Below, one piece after another: positions 46,319-58,930 of a DNA stretch of 64,000 nt. Position 1 is the first letter of the stretch; the number at the start of each line of letters is the position of its first letter. Both the position numbers and the translations under genes were made by a program. This DNA is from Phyllobates terribilis. Its lineage: Eukaryota. The DNA is taken from NCBI RefSeq assembly GCF_046119375.1, contig NW_027362766.1, forward strand, positions 11,718,001-11,782,000. Reading direction: 5' to 3'. The notes under the pieces are model-generated. The model saw nothing but the letters and a program-made list of their open reading frames with translations, was not told where the DNA came from and ran no database searches.

Positions 46319-49300
46319 ATAGTAACATAGTAATATAATTTTTAAGGTTGAAGGAAGAAGGAAGACTAAGTCCATCTAGTTCAGCCCATAGCCTAACATG
46401 TTGATCCAGAGGAAGGCAACAAAAACCCATGTGGCAAACACTAAGTTCCACATTGGGGAAAAAAATTCCTTCCTGACTCCATACGACAATCAGACTAGTT
46501 CCCTGGATCAACGCCCTATCAAGGAATCTAGTATATATAACCTGTAATATTATACTTTTCAAGAAAGGCATCCAGGCCCTTCTTAAATGTTAGTAGTGAA
46601 TCCCTCATTACACATCATGTGGCAGAGAGCTCCATAGTCTCACTGCTCTTACAGTAAAGAATCCGCGTCTGTGATTATGATTAAACCTTCTTTCCTCCAG
46701 ACGTAGAAGATGCCTCCTTGTCCCCGTCTCAGGCCTCAGAGTAAAAAGATCAGTAGAAAGGTCTTTGTACCGTCCCCTCATATACTTGTACATAGTAATA
46801 AGATCACCCCTAAACCTTCTCTTTTCCACAGTAAATAACCCCAAGTGTAATAACCTGTCTTGGTATTGCAGACCCCCAGTCCTCTAATAACCTGTCTTGG
46901 TATTGCAGACCCCCCAGTCCTCTAATAACCTGTCTTGGTATTGCAGACCCCCCAGTCCTCTAATAACCTTGGTCGCTCTTCTCTGCACCCGCTCTAGTTC
47001 AGCTATGTCTTTCTTATACACCGGAGACCAGAACTGTACACAGTATTCTACGTGTGGTCGCACTAATGACTTGTATAGAGGTAAAATTATCTTCTCCTCA
47101 TGATCATCTCTGCCTCTTTTAATGCATCCCATTATTTTATTTGCCTTTGCAGCAGCTGCCTGACACTGGCCACTAAACGTGAGCTTGTCGTCCACCAATA
47201 CACCCAGGTCTTTTTCAGTGACAGTTTTGCCCAGTGTTTTACAATTAAGCATATAATTATACATTTTATTTCCTCTGCCCAAGTGCATTACCTTACATTT
47301 ATCCCCATTAAAGCTCATTTGCCATTTTTCAGCCCAAGCTTCTAGTTTACATAGATCCTCCTGTAATATAAAATTGTCCTCCTCTGTATTGATTACCCTG
47401 CAGAGTTTAGTGTCATCTGCAAATATTGAAATACTACTCTGTATGCCCCCTACAAGGTCATTAATAAATATGTTAAAAAGAAGGGGGCCCAATACTGACC
47501 CCTGTGGTACCCCACTGTTAACTGTGACCCAGTCTGAGTGTTTTCCATTAATAACCACCCTTTGTTTCCTATCACTGAGCCGGTTCTTAACCCACATACA
47601 TATATTTTCCCCTCTCCCCATTGTTCTCATTTTATGTATCAACCTTTTGTGTAGAACCGTATCAAAAGCTTTTGAAAAGTCCATATACACAACATCCACT
47701 GCATTTCCTTGGTCCAGTCCGGAACTTACCTCTTCATAAAAGCTGATCAGATTAGTCTGACAGGAACGGTCCCTCGTAAGCCCATGTTGATATTGGGTCA
47801 TGAGGTTATTCTTCTTCAGATACTCTATTATAGCATCTCTTAGGAAACCCTCCAGGATTTTACCCACAGTAGAGGTTAAGCTTACCGGCCTATAATTTCC
47901 AAGTTCGGTTTTTGTCCCCTTTTTGAATATTGGCACCACATTTGCTATGCGCCAGTCCTGTGGTACAGACCCTGTTATTATGGAGTCTTTAAAGATTAAT
48001 AATAATGGTCTATCTATGATGTTGCTTAATTCCTGCAGTACTCGCGGGTGTATCCCCTCCGGGCCCGGGGATTTGTCTACTTTAGTGATTTTTAGACGCC
48101 GCCGTACTTCCTGCTGGGTTAAGAAAGTGACATTTAATGGAGAATTTTTGTCATCACTGATCATGTTTTCTGTCATGCGATTTTCTTGTGTAAATACGGT
48201 TGAAAAAAAATCATTTAGGATATTGGCTTTTTCCTCATCCACCATTTCACCGAGACTATTTTTAAAGGGGCCAACACTATCATTTTTTAGTTTCTTACTA
48301 TTTATGTAGTTAAAGAATATTTTGGGATTATTTTTACTTTCTCTGGCAATGAGTCTCTCTGTCTCAATCTTTGCTGCCTTGATTTGGTTTTTACAAAATT
48401 TATTTAATTTTCTGTATTTATTTAATGCCTCATCGCTACCTACTTGTTTTAGTTCTCTAAATGCTTTCTTTTTGTCACTTATTGCACCCCTTACAGCTCT
48501 ATTTAGCCATAGTGGTTTCCTCCTATTTCTAGTATGTTTATTTCCATATGGTATATATTGTGCACAGGTCCTATTCAGGATGCTAATAAATGTCTCCCAT
48601 TTGCTTTGTGTAGTTTTATGTCTCAGGATATCGTCCCAGTTTATTGCACTAATATCATCTCTCAACTGTTGGAAATTTGCCTTCCTGAAGCTTAGTGTCC
48701 TTGTAACCCCTCTACTACACATCTTATTAATGGATACATGAAAACTTATTATTTTGTGATCACTATTACCCAAGTGACCCCCAACTCGTATATTTGATAT
48801 GTGGTCTGGCCTATTGGTTAATATTAGGTCTAGCAGTGCCCCCCTTCTTGTTGGGTCCTGAACCAGTTGTGAAAGGTAATTGTTTCTCACAGTTGCCAAA
48901 AACCTATTACCTTTGCTTGAACTACAGGTTTCTGTCCCCCAATGTATTTCAGGGAAGTTGAAGTCCCCCATAATAATGACTTCTCCTTGAGTCGCTGCTT
49001 CGTTATTTGCTTTACGAGGATATTCTTCGCTGCTTCCATTATTTTTGGAGACTTATAACAAACCCCTATCAGAAATTTATTATTTTTTCCCCCTCCCCTT
49101 ATCTCCACCCACAGGGACTCTACATTTTCATTAGATTCACAAATATTCTCACGCAAGATGGGTTTTAAGGATGATTTTACATATAAACACCCCCCGCCCC
49201 TCGCTTGTTTGTACGGTCATTTCTGAACAGGCTATAGCCCTGTAAATTAACTGCCCAGTCATGGCTCTTGTCCAGCCACGTCTCAGATATCCCCACCATG

Positions 49301-51197
49301 TCATAATTATTTTTCAACAAAATTAATTCTAATTCCTCCATTTTGTTGGTGAGGCTTCTGGCATTAGTGTACATGCATTTTATGTATCTCTCTGTACCTC
49401 TATTCCTTCTTACTATATTGGCTGTTCTAACCCCACACCCAATTTCTTTATTTGTGCCCAGGTCACTATCTGCACTATCTTCCCCACCTATAAAATGAAT
49501 ACCCTCCCCCCAATCCCTAGTTTAAACACTCCTCCAACCTTCTAGCCATTTTCTACCCCAGCACAGCTGTACCCTCCCCATTGAGGTGCAGCCCGTCCCT
49601 AGCGTAGAATCTGTAGCCAACTGAGAAGTCGGCCCAGTTCTCCAGGAACCCAAACCCCTCCTTCCTACACCAATTCCTGAGCCACTTATTTATTTCCCTA
49701 ATCTCTCGTTGCCTCTCTGGTGTGGCACGTGGTACAGGCAGTATTTCAGAGAATACCACCTTGGAGGTCCTTGCTTTAAGCTTGCAGCCTAATTTCCTGA
49801 AATCACCTTTAAGGACCTTCCACCTACCTCTAACGTTGTCATTTGTGCCAATGTGCACCATAACCGCTGGGTCCTCACCAGCCCCTCCCAGTAATCTGTC
49901 AACCCGATCAGCGATGTGCCGGTCTCGAGTGCCAGGTAGGCAGCACACTGTTCGACGATCCCTGTCTTAGGGCAATCTGTCACAATCTGTTCCCCTAATA
50001 ATTGAGTCCCCCACTACCAGCACCTGCCTGGCTTGCCCTGCTCTCCTGTTTCCCCCCTTACTGGAGCTGACACTCCTCCGGCATTCAGAGGACATGTCTT
50101 GCTGCAGCAGTGCTACCCCTGTACTGACACCCCCCTCATCTGCCAACTTTGCAAACTTATTGGGGTGTGCCAGATCAGGACTAGCCTCCCTGGCACTCTT
50201 CCCTCTACCCCCCCTTCTAACTGTCACCCAGCTAGCTGCCTCACCATCCTGCAGCTGCCTACTACCACCCTCCCCCACATCTACCCCGGTGAGCAGCTGC
50301 TCAGTGAGCAGCAGACTCCTTTCCATATTGTCTATGGATCTCAGTGTTGCCAGCTGCTCATTTAGATCCAGTACCTGGGCTTCCAAACGCACAACGTGCA
50401 CACATCTCGCACAGCAGTATGCACCCACAACCGGCTGTTCAGGGATTGCATACATGTGGCAAGATGTACACTGGATAGCATTGTCAATAATGGAGCTCAT
50501 TTCCTAATGGGGATTGCACTAGACAGAAATGTAAAGTAAAAAGAAATGTAAAGAATTAATAAAATACAGACAGCAATTCAGTCCAAATTCCTCCCTTCCA
50601 AACTCCCTGAATCCAAGTCACTGAATCACAAGTCACACACTTACTTCCGTTTGCATTTACGCTCCGTTCACACTCAGCTCGTTCACACTCGCTAAGGAAA
50701 AAGATTTAACAAGTTTTTTTTTTTCCCTTTAGCAGCAATCCAACCTACAGCTCAATGCACTACCAAAGGACTGGAAGCCCCAACCAGCTGCCACTTATAA
50801 ACCCTTAATTATGACCCCACACCCTTAATTAACCCCTTGTGAGCATAGCTACACCTCAGGATTTAAGTGCATTGTAGTTAACCCTTAAACCCACAGGTAG
50901 TAAAATAAGAGACTGTAAAACTGTAGAGAGAAAATGGGTTTTAAAAAGCCCAATAAAACTAAACAGGTAGAAAAGCACTCAGCAGGTCACAATTCAGCAA
51001 CTCACAGCAATTCACACAGGTATTTGCTGCAGGATTCCCAAATACCTCTTCACTGAATCACAAGTCACACACTTACTTCCGTTCGCATTTACGCTCCGGT
51101 CACACTCAGCTCGTTCACACTCGCTAAGGAAGAAGATTTATAGTTTTTTTTTTTTTCACCCCTTTAGCAGCAATCCAACCTACAGCTCAATGCACTT
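46319..51197 (-). mobile_element. Near full-length CR1-clade LINE (ORF1 PHD + esterase; ORF2 APE + RT)
   Basis: ORF1 CTSCHMY..CARC (PHD) and LVVGDSII..VHIGTND..DGLHLN (SGNH); ORF2 YTNARSL, MGDFNFP, NYRPVSLTS, DFSKAFD, GVPQGSVLGP, FADDTKL; 3' tail TTACTATGTTACT at ~46319-46333. Confidence 0.93.
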
Positions 51198-52062
51198 CCA
51201 TATGCATGATAGACAACATTCGTGCCGTTCTGAGCAGGTTGTGGACGCCCTGAATTTTCGGTGTAGAGACCTTTTTTTTTTATATAAAATAACATTACTA
51301 TGTGATATGTTATTGATGAGTGGACTCACTAGTGAATTTGATTAGTATATAAATAAATAATAAAAAGGATCAAATAGGCCCGTATCCATGGAAAAAAAAC
51401 AAGTATACGGTAACCAATAAAAAAATGATTTATTTTTGTATAGAATGTTGTAAAACATAAAACTACCTAAATGTTGATATCATAATTTTATTGACCCACC
51501 TGATGGTGTTTAAAAAATATATTCAAGAATTGCTGTTTGTGTTTTTTTTTTTTATTATTATTTTATTCCACCTCGCAAAAAGTGTAAACCTTTTGTGTGA
51601 CAAAACCGTACCACTGGAAAATAGATTTTGTCCCTCAAAAAAATAGGTTCTTGTACAGGAGGATGGGGAAAATATTAAACGTACACCTCTCGAAATATGG
51701 TGATGCAAAAGCAAAAGAGTAGCTAGCAATGATGAGATTCAGATCCCTATCAATGGGTTACGAATTACGATACTTAGAATTGATAAATAAATAAGTTCAG
51801 GAAACTTGGATGATTGTATTATTTCTAAAGCTTATAAAAATCTGTGTGCTTTGGAAACTGGTTTTGTTTTGAAGATGCTTATTATAATCTTTTTACTTTA
51901 TTCAGGTATATGTTGTATTATTCTATTTGTGTGTCGGATCAATGATGATAACAGGAGTATATCGAGATGTAAGAGAACACAGGACCCTCGGCCATACTTT
52001 AGGCTCTCACGCGGCTGTGACACATCTCCACCAGAACCTGCTCCTGTGACTTCTGCCGCCAG

Positions 52063-54425
52063 GCTCCATCATATTTACTCTTACGGGCAGCGGTGCCCCA
52101 TCATATTTACTCTTACGGGCAGCGGTGCTCCATCATATTTACTCTTACGAGCAGCGGTGCCCCATCATATTTACTCTTATGGGCAGCGGTGCCCCATCAT
52201 ATTTACTCTTACGAGCAGCGGTGCTCCATCATATTTACTCTTACAGGCAGAGGTGCCCCATCATATTTACTCTTACGGGCAGCGGTGCCCCATCATATTT
52301 ACTCTTACGAGCAGCGGTGCCCCATCATATTTACTCTTACGGGCAGAAGTGCCCCATCATATTTACTCTTACGGGCAGCGGTGCCCCATCATATTTACTC
52401 TTACGGGCAGCGGTGCCCCATCATATTTACTCTTATGGGCAGCGGTGCTCCATCATATTTACTCTTATGGGCAGCGGTGCTCCATCATATTTACTCTTAT
52501 GGGCAGCGGTGCTCCATCATATTTACTCTTACGGGCAGCGGTGCCCAATCATATTTACTCTTATGGGCAGCGGAGCTCCATCATATTTACTCTTACGGGC
52601 AGCGGTGCCCCATCATATTTACTCTTACGGGCAGCGGTGCCCCATCATATTTACTCTTACGGGCAGCGGTGCCCCATCATATTTACTCTGCGGGCAGCGG
52701 TGCCCCATCATATTTACTCTTACGGGCAGTGGTGCCCCATCATATTTACTCTTACGGGCAGCAGTGCCCCATCATATTTACTCTTACGGGCAGCGGTGCC
52801 CCATCATATTTACTCTTATGGGCAGCGGTGCTCCATCATATTTACTCTTATGGGCAGCGGTGCTCCATCATATTTACTCTTATGGGCAGTGGTGCCCAAT
52901 CATATTTACTCTTATGGGCAGCGGTGCTCCATCATATTTACTCTTATGGGCAGCGGTGCTCCATCATATTTACTCTTACGGGCAGCGGTGCCCCATCATA
53001 TTTACTCTTACGGGCAGCGGTGCCCCATCATATTTACTCTGCGGGCAGCGGTGCCCCATCATATTTACTCTTACGGGCAGCGGTGCCCCATCATATTTAC
53101 TCTTACGGGCAGCGGTTCCCCATCGTATTTACTCTTACGGGCAGCGGTGCCCCATCATATTTACTCTTATGGGCAGCGGTGCTCCATCATATTTACTCTT
53201 ACGGGCAGCGGTGCCCCATCATATTTACTCTTACGGGCAGCGGTGCCCCATCATATTTACTCTTACGGACAGCGGTGCCTCATCATATTTACTGTTATGG
53301 GCAGCGGTGCTCCATCATATTTACTCTTATGGGCAGCGGTGCCCCATCATATTTACTCTTACGGGCAGCGGTGCCCCATCATATTTACTCTTATGGGCAG
53401 CGGTGCTCCATCATATTTACTCTTACGGGCAGCGGTGCCCCATCATATTTACTCTTACGGGCAGCGGTGCCCCATCATATTTACTCTTACGGGCAGCGGT
53501 GCCCCATCATATTTACTCTTACGGGCAGCGGTGCCCCATCATATTTACTCTGCGGGCAGCGGTGCCCCATCATATTTACTCTTACGGGCAGCGGTGCCCC
53601 ATCATATTTACTCTGCGGGCAGCGGTGCCCCATCATATTTACTCTTACGGGCAGTGGTGCCCCATCATATTTACTCTTACGGGCAGTGGTGCCCCATCAT
53701 ATTTACTCTGCGGGCAGCGGTGCCCCATCATATTTACTCTTACGGGCAGCGGTGCCCCATCATATTTACTCTTACGGGCAGTGGTGCCCCATCATATTTA
53801 CTCTTACGGGCAGCGATGCCCCATCATATTTACTCTTACGGGCAGCGGTGCCCCATCATATTTACTCTTACGGGCAGCGATGCCCCATCATATTTACTCT
53901 TACGGGCAGCGGTGCCCCATCATATTTACTCTTACGGGCAGCGGTGCCCCATCATATTTACTCTTACGAGCAGCGGTGCCCCATCATATTCACTCTGCGG
54001 GCAGCGGTGCCCCACCATATTTACTCTTACGGGCAGCGGTGCCCCATCATATTTACTCTTACGGGCAGCGGTGCCCCATCATACTTACTCTTACGGGCAG
54101 CGGTGCCCCATCATATTTACTCTTACAGGCAGCGGTGCCCCATCATATTTACTCTTACGGGCAGCGGTGCCCCATCATATTTACTCTTATGGGCAGCGGT
54201 GCCCCATCATATTTACTCTTACGAGCAGCGGTGCTCCATCATATTTACTCTTACGGGCAGAGGTGCCCCATCATATTTACTCTTACGGGCAGCGGTGCCC
54301 CATCATATTTACTCTTACGAGCAGCGGTGCCCCATCATATTTACTCTTACGGGCAGCGGTGCCCCATCATACTTACTCTTACGGGCAGCGGTGCCCCATC
54401 ATATTTACTCTTACAGGCAGCGGTG
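52063..54425. repeat. 32-bp satellite (CCATCATATTTACTCTTACGGGCAGCGGTGCC), ~74 units
   Basis: Periodic array with recurrent 29-bp deletion variants; explains the 778-892 aa ORFs. Confidence 0.97.
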
Positions 54426-54438
54426 GTGATAGAGGAGA

Positions 54439-54953
54439 TGTTAGAAGAACAAGCCCTGGACAGCGGGCTCTGTCCAGCCACTAAGGTTAGAGTGGCTGGG
54501 ATCTCCAATGCCGTCCAATGTGACAATGTGGGTGTCCTTCGTTGCCAGATGAAGTTATTAGCTCCCTGCTTCAGCCAACTGGAGTGCACTACACCTTATT
54601 AAAGCTTCCATCTTGCTGCTGGAATCTGCCAGATACCGCTTAGTGTTTCCCTTGCTAAGTGTGTATCTTCTGCTCCAGTTTCGTTCTAGTTGATTCCTGT
54701 TTTGACCCCGGCTTATGTTTCTGACTATTATGGATCTTGATTTTGTCCTTGACGTGACCTCTTGGCTCTGACCTTTCTTGCTTTTGGATGGCAGCCCTTC
54801 CATGGTAGCATTCCACAGGATCCTACTGTAAAACCAGATCCCTGCACAGGGGTTACTCTTTACACTGATTTCTCTGGATTCTGTCGGAGCAGTGCCTAGT
54901 GCCAAGTCTGTGGAGAGAGCCTTTTGAACCTGTGGCCTCTGTCAGACGTTACA
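54439..54953. mobile_element. Possible solo LTR
   Basis: TGTTAG...GTTACA termini; no convincing TSD. Confidence 0.35.
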
Positions 54954-55345
54954 GGCTGACTCTCTGGATGTTGGAAGATTTCAGTACTTTTTACTATGGA
55001 GTTGAACCCCAAGCCGTCACTACAGCTAAAGGAACCTTGTGGACCTAATTTTTTGAGGCCTTAAACATCTACATCAGTGTACTGTGTCCATATCAAGGCA
55101 ATAAAAAACTTAGATGCCCAGGAGATACATTTTGACTAAAGCTGCAATTGGGAATTTCAGGGACCATTTTCAGAATGACATTGGACAAGACTGCCAGATG
55201 TCTAAATCACAGTTTAGACAAAATAGCCCTTCATTGATGGGTTGCCGATCGTTTTTTTTGGTATGAACAACTTCTCAAATGCAGCACACAACAAAACACG
55301 GAAGACCAACTTTTCGACAAATCTCTGCTATTGGTTGTCCACTAT

Positions 55346-56595
55346 TGACGCGCCCCCTGGGCCGTGGGGTACTCGGCAGCCGGGCCTCTGGATGCCGGTG
55401 GGAGATATCACGGTGGCTGGCCGGGTCCGTGACCCAGGGCGGTCAGTAAAAGGGGAATAGTTTATAGGGGATTTGGGAAAGTGTTCGTGACGCCACCTGT
55501 GGATTGCGGCTAAAGGGAGCCGCCGCTGCGGAGCAGTCCTCTGGAGCTGGTGTTACGGCAGCAGGGATGGTGTGGCTCTCCACAGGTAGAGCTGGCTCCA
55601 GGGCAGTGTGGGACGTGTAGGTTACGCTGGGCGTGGTAGTGCCGTGAGGGAGAGATGGCGCAGATGATAGAAGGGATGGAGGCAGTGCGGTGCAGTCATC
55701 CGAATTTTTACTCACAGTTCTTATGATAGTTCCACTGGTGCACTGTACAGTTGTCGGCCTCCCACGTCGCGCTGCATTCACCAGGCAGGGATTCAGCACT
55801 TCCTCAGGCAGATCAGGAGTACCTGGCAGAACCCCACTTTCTTGTGTTCCTAGCTAGACCGTCTTCTCGCTGGGTCTTTCTCCCTCCTGCCCTGCGCTTC
55901 ACACTCTCAATCCCGCTCGGGTGCTCTGAAGTCCCTCCTGTCTTGTCGCAGTTCCCGGACCTGCTTGACCCTCACGGGGATTAGAATGAGACTTCAGCAA
56001 CTGACTATAGAAGCCAGAAGCCTCCGGTTTTCCCAGCCGAGACGTAGAGTAGCATGGCTGGACCAGGGGCCGATCCCCTTCTTGCGGCCTAAGATCCCTC
56101 TGTCTTCTGACAGATGCGGGGCGTACGGGTGCCTTCCTGCACTCGCCGTACCCCCTAGGATCCCTTCTTAGAACGGAGCCTACTCCCTGCTCCCCTCCTG
56201 GGCCTCTAGCACTGGGCCCTACTTGTGGAGCAGAGCTCCTAAAGAGACTCTGCTCCCTGACTGTTCTCCACTGACTCAACTACTGTTCTGAACTGCCACC
56301 CTAAGATGGCTTCCCTTTTTATATTTCACTCTATAGTGCTCCCCTAAACTGCTTCCTCCACCCACACCCACTACTGGTTCCCCCTACCTCTGGGTTCCTC
56401 CCCACTCCAGCCAGGGACAGGGCTCAGCAGCTGCGCTCTGCATGTTGCCCCTCCAGCCGGTCTGGAGCAGTGTAGTGATGGATGCAGGTGTTGGGGTCCC
56501 GGGCAGCACTCCCTCCTTACCTGAGAGAAGAAGATACCACACCTCTGGGTGAGGTGCAGTACCTCTGTGGCGACTGAACCCTCAGGGGCGCCACA
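55346..56595. mobile_element. Solo LTR (~1.25 kb)
   Basis: TGACGCGCCCCCTG...CAGGGGCGCCACA imperfect inverted termini with a 4-bp TSD CTAT. Confidence 0.7.
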
Positions 56596-56830
56596 CTATC
56601 ATGCTTGGACCTTATTAGACGTACAAAGTAGTGTATGGCGGGATTAAGAATTTGTGATATTATGACATCTATTTGATGAATTGTGTGGAGCCGACATCAC
56701 AGTAACATCTCCAAGATAAGACGACATATTCAACAGAACAAAGACACAGACTTATTCGGAACTTAGTTCTCAAGTTTAATCAGACCGACGTTTGTACATC
56801 TGACATCACAAGTGGTTAATTTCAGGAGGT

Positions 56831-57633
56831 TCAGCTGCTCTCACAGAAAAAGGTATTACACGCTACGGTCAAAGATGCCACCAAAATAACAAATTCTTGA
56901 AAGTCCACCTCCCCGTCTCCATTCTCATCTAATTCCTTCATGATCTTGTCCACCGTACCTGCATCTTTCTGGGTCTGTAAGAAAACAGAGTGGATAAAAG
57001 AACGATAATCAAGGTAATTATTGTCAAAATTTGTGTACTGATAGGATTAGTTTCATTTGTATTGAAAGGGACATGGACTCTGATATCCATAGCTTACATA
57101 GATGTTAGTTAATTTTTAGACATCAACACATGCAGACACAGATAAACCAGTACTTTCTATCAGTCATGTCACCGAAAGCACAATTGGGTGGTTTTAGCCC
57201 TACTATAATATCACATGCGGATGTGGACCATCGGGAGGAACAGTTGTCAGTCAAACAAACATTTGCCCAAAACCTGAAGTGTATAGTTGTGCAAGTTCTG
57301 AAGTTAAAAAAAAACAATATAAACAAGCAAATCATGTGGAACCATACATATCCCTTCCTTATTGACATACAGGCTTTCTGACATTACCAAACCACTCAGA
57401 AGCGTCCAAGAAATTACTTTTCCTTTGACCGACATCATCTAACCTGATCCTACTACCATGTATCCTCCACATGAAGATAAGTTGTCTCTTACCTCCAGAT
57501 ACTCCCCAAGTTCATTCTGTAGCAGATCCTTCAGCTCTCTTCGACTCAACTTGAACTTATCACCTTCCCGGGCAGAATATGTGTGGAAAACATTGATAAG
57601 GGTCTCCATGGCTCCTTCAAGCTGCGAAGACAT
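56831..57633 (-). CDS. s100a1: Protein S100-A1, two coding exons (57633-57493, 56974-56831), 94 aa
   Basis: MSSQLEGAMETLINVFHTYSAREGDKFKLSRRELKDLLQNELGEYLE/TQKDAGTVDKIMKELDENGDGEVDFQEFVILVASLTVACNTFFCESS*; pseudo EF-hand plus canonical EF-hand DENGDGEVDFQE; GT-AG intron; synteny with CHTOP. Confidence 0.93.
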
Positions 57634-57702
57634 CTCTGAAGTATTCTGGTTGATGAACTGCACACGCTGAGAAGAGAACATGATTGCAGCACAGTATAGA
57701 AA

Positions 57703-58110
57703 AATATTTCGATTTGAGAGTCCTCAGTGGTTTATACCTTTTAATGGCTAACTGAAAAGATGGTAACAAATTGCAAGCTTTCGAGACTACTCAGGTCTCT
57801 TCATCAGGCTGGCTAACTGAAAAGATGGTAACAAATTGCAAGCTTTCGAGACTACTCAGGTCTCTTCATCAGGCTGGCTAACTGAAAAGATGGTAACAAA
57901 TTGCAAGCTTTCGAGACTACGCAGGTCTCTTCATCAGGCATAGCATACCCCAAAATCTGAAGAGTCACATATTTATACACAATATATGTGACTCTTCAGA
58001 TTGCCTGATGAAGAGACCTGAGTAGTCTCAAAAGCTTGCAATTTGTTACCATCTTTTCAGTTAGCCATTAAAAGGTATCAACCACTGAGGACTCTCAAAT
58101 GTAAATATTT
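57703..58110. mobile_element. Penelope-derived fold-back element (inverted pLTR-like arms)
   Basis: Arms ~57703-57809 and ~58003-58110 are reverse complements; a perfect 19-bp inner hairpin spans 57954-58002; carries hammerhead cores. Confidence 0.8.
57746..57939 (-). ncRNA. Three tandem 65-bp minimal hammerhead-ribozyme motifs
   Basis: Each unit on minus: CUGAUGA-A-GAGAC(loop)GUCUC-GAAA-GC-UU-GCAAU; units start at 57746, 57811 and 57876 on the + strand. Confidence 0.7.
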
Positions 58111-58851
58111 TTCTATCTACTGGCTAACACGGTACAAGAATATATATTTTCCCTATATAAGAACAGTATAGAAACTCAAGTAGGTGAGATTGAAGATGCT
58201 GCACAGTTCTAAACAGGAAAATGGTTAATCGAAAGGAATGTTTTGGTAGTGGAGATGAGAGAAGAGATGGCGCCAATGGAAAAGTCTTGGTACATGGGTT
58301 GGAGATATAATTATTAAGAAGGGTGAGAAAGCCTTGGTAATAAATTAAAATGTCTTGGCTAACTATATAAGTAAGAGAGGAGAAAGATCAGTAAGAGATT
58401 AATATGTTCTGTCAGCTGATTGAGAGTAAAAGTGGCCATTAGATGAATGTCAACCAAACTGGATATTTTCGGCCAATCTCATATCTGCCGCCGAAGGGGT
58501 TTGGCATCTTGTTACTCCTTTCTCCACTTATAAATAAATGTAAGCTCATCTGAACCGAGCATGCATGCGTATGAGAGGATTGTCAAGAGATATAGCGAAC
58601 AATTGCTTTCCGACAACTATATACAGTGTTTAGCCAGCTGAAGTTAGGTTATGGTATCACCTTCAAAGGATAAGTACTAGTTATGTCTAAGTGTCGGATG
58701 GGATGTAAAGGATGGATTTCTCTTGGAAAGGAAAGGCATATGATATGTAAGAATGAGATATCAGAAAGGATAAGATAATAGTTTGGAAAAGAAAATCACG
58801 ATTCAAAGGTGAGGACAGGAGTGGTTGGGTATAACTGAGGAATAATCTCAC

Positions 58852-58930
58852 CGGACAGTGACCTCTCAGCGGCAGCTATGACTCCTCCACAGCCGGTCGT
58901 GTAGACTAGTCTGTTGTCCCAGTGCCGGTG
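58852..58930 (-). other. Possible S100A1 non-coding exon 1
   Basis: CCG|GTGAGA donor at 58851 in a short GC-richer patch; S100 genes normally have a non-coding first exon. TSS not determined. Confidence 0.3.

Noticed and set aside
51806-54602. 778-892 aa ORFs
   Set aside because: 32-bp satellite translated in all three frames; no domain content.
58003-58042. Plus-strand hammerhead copy as an active ribozyme
   Set aside because: The catalytic G12 is mutated to A (GAAA to AAAA), and the copy is antisense to S100A1.
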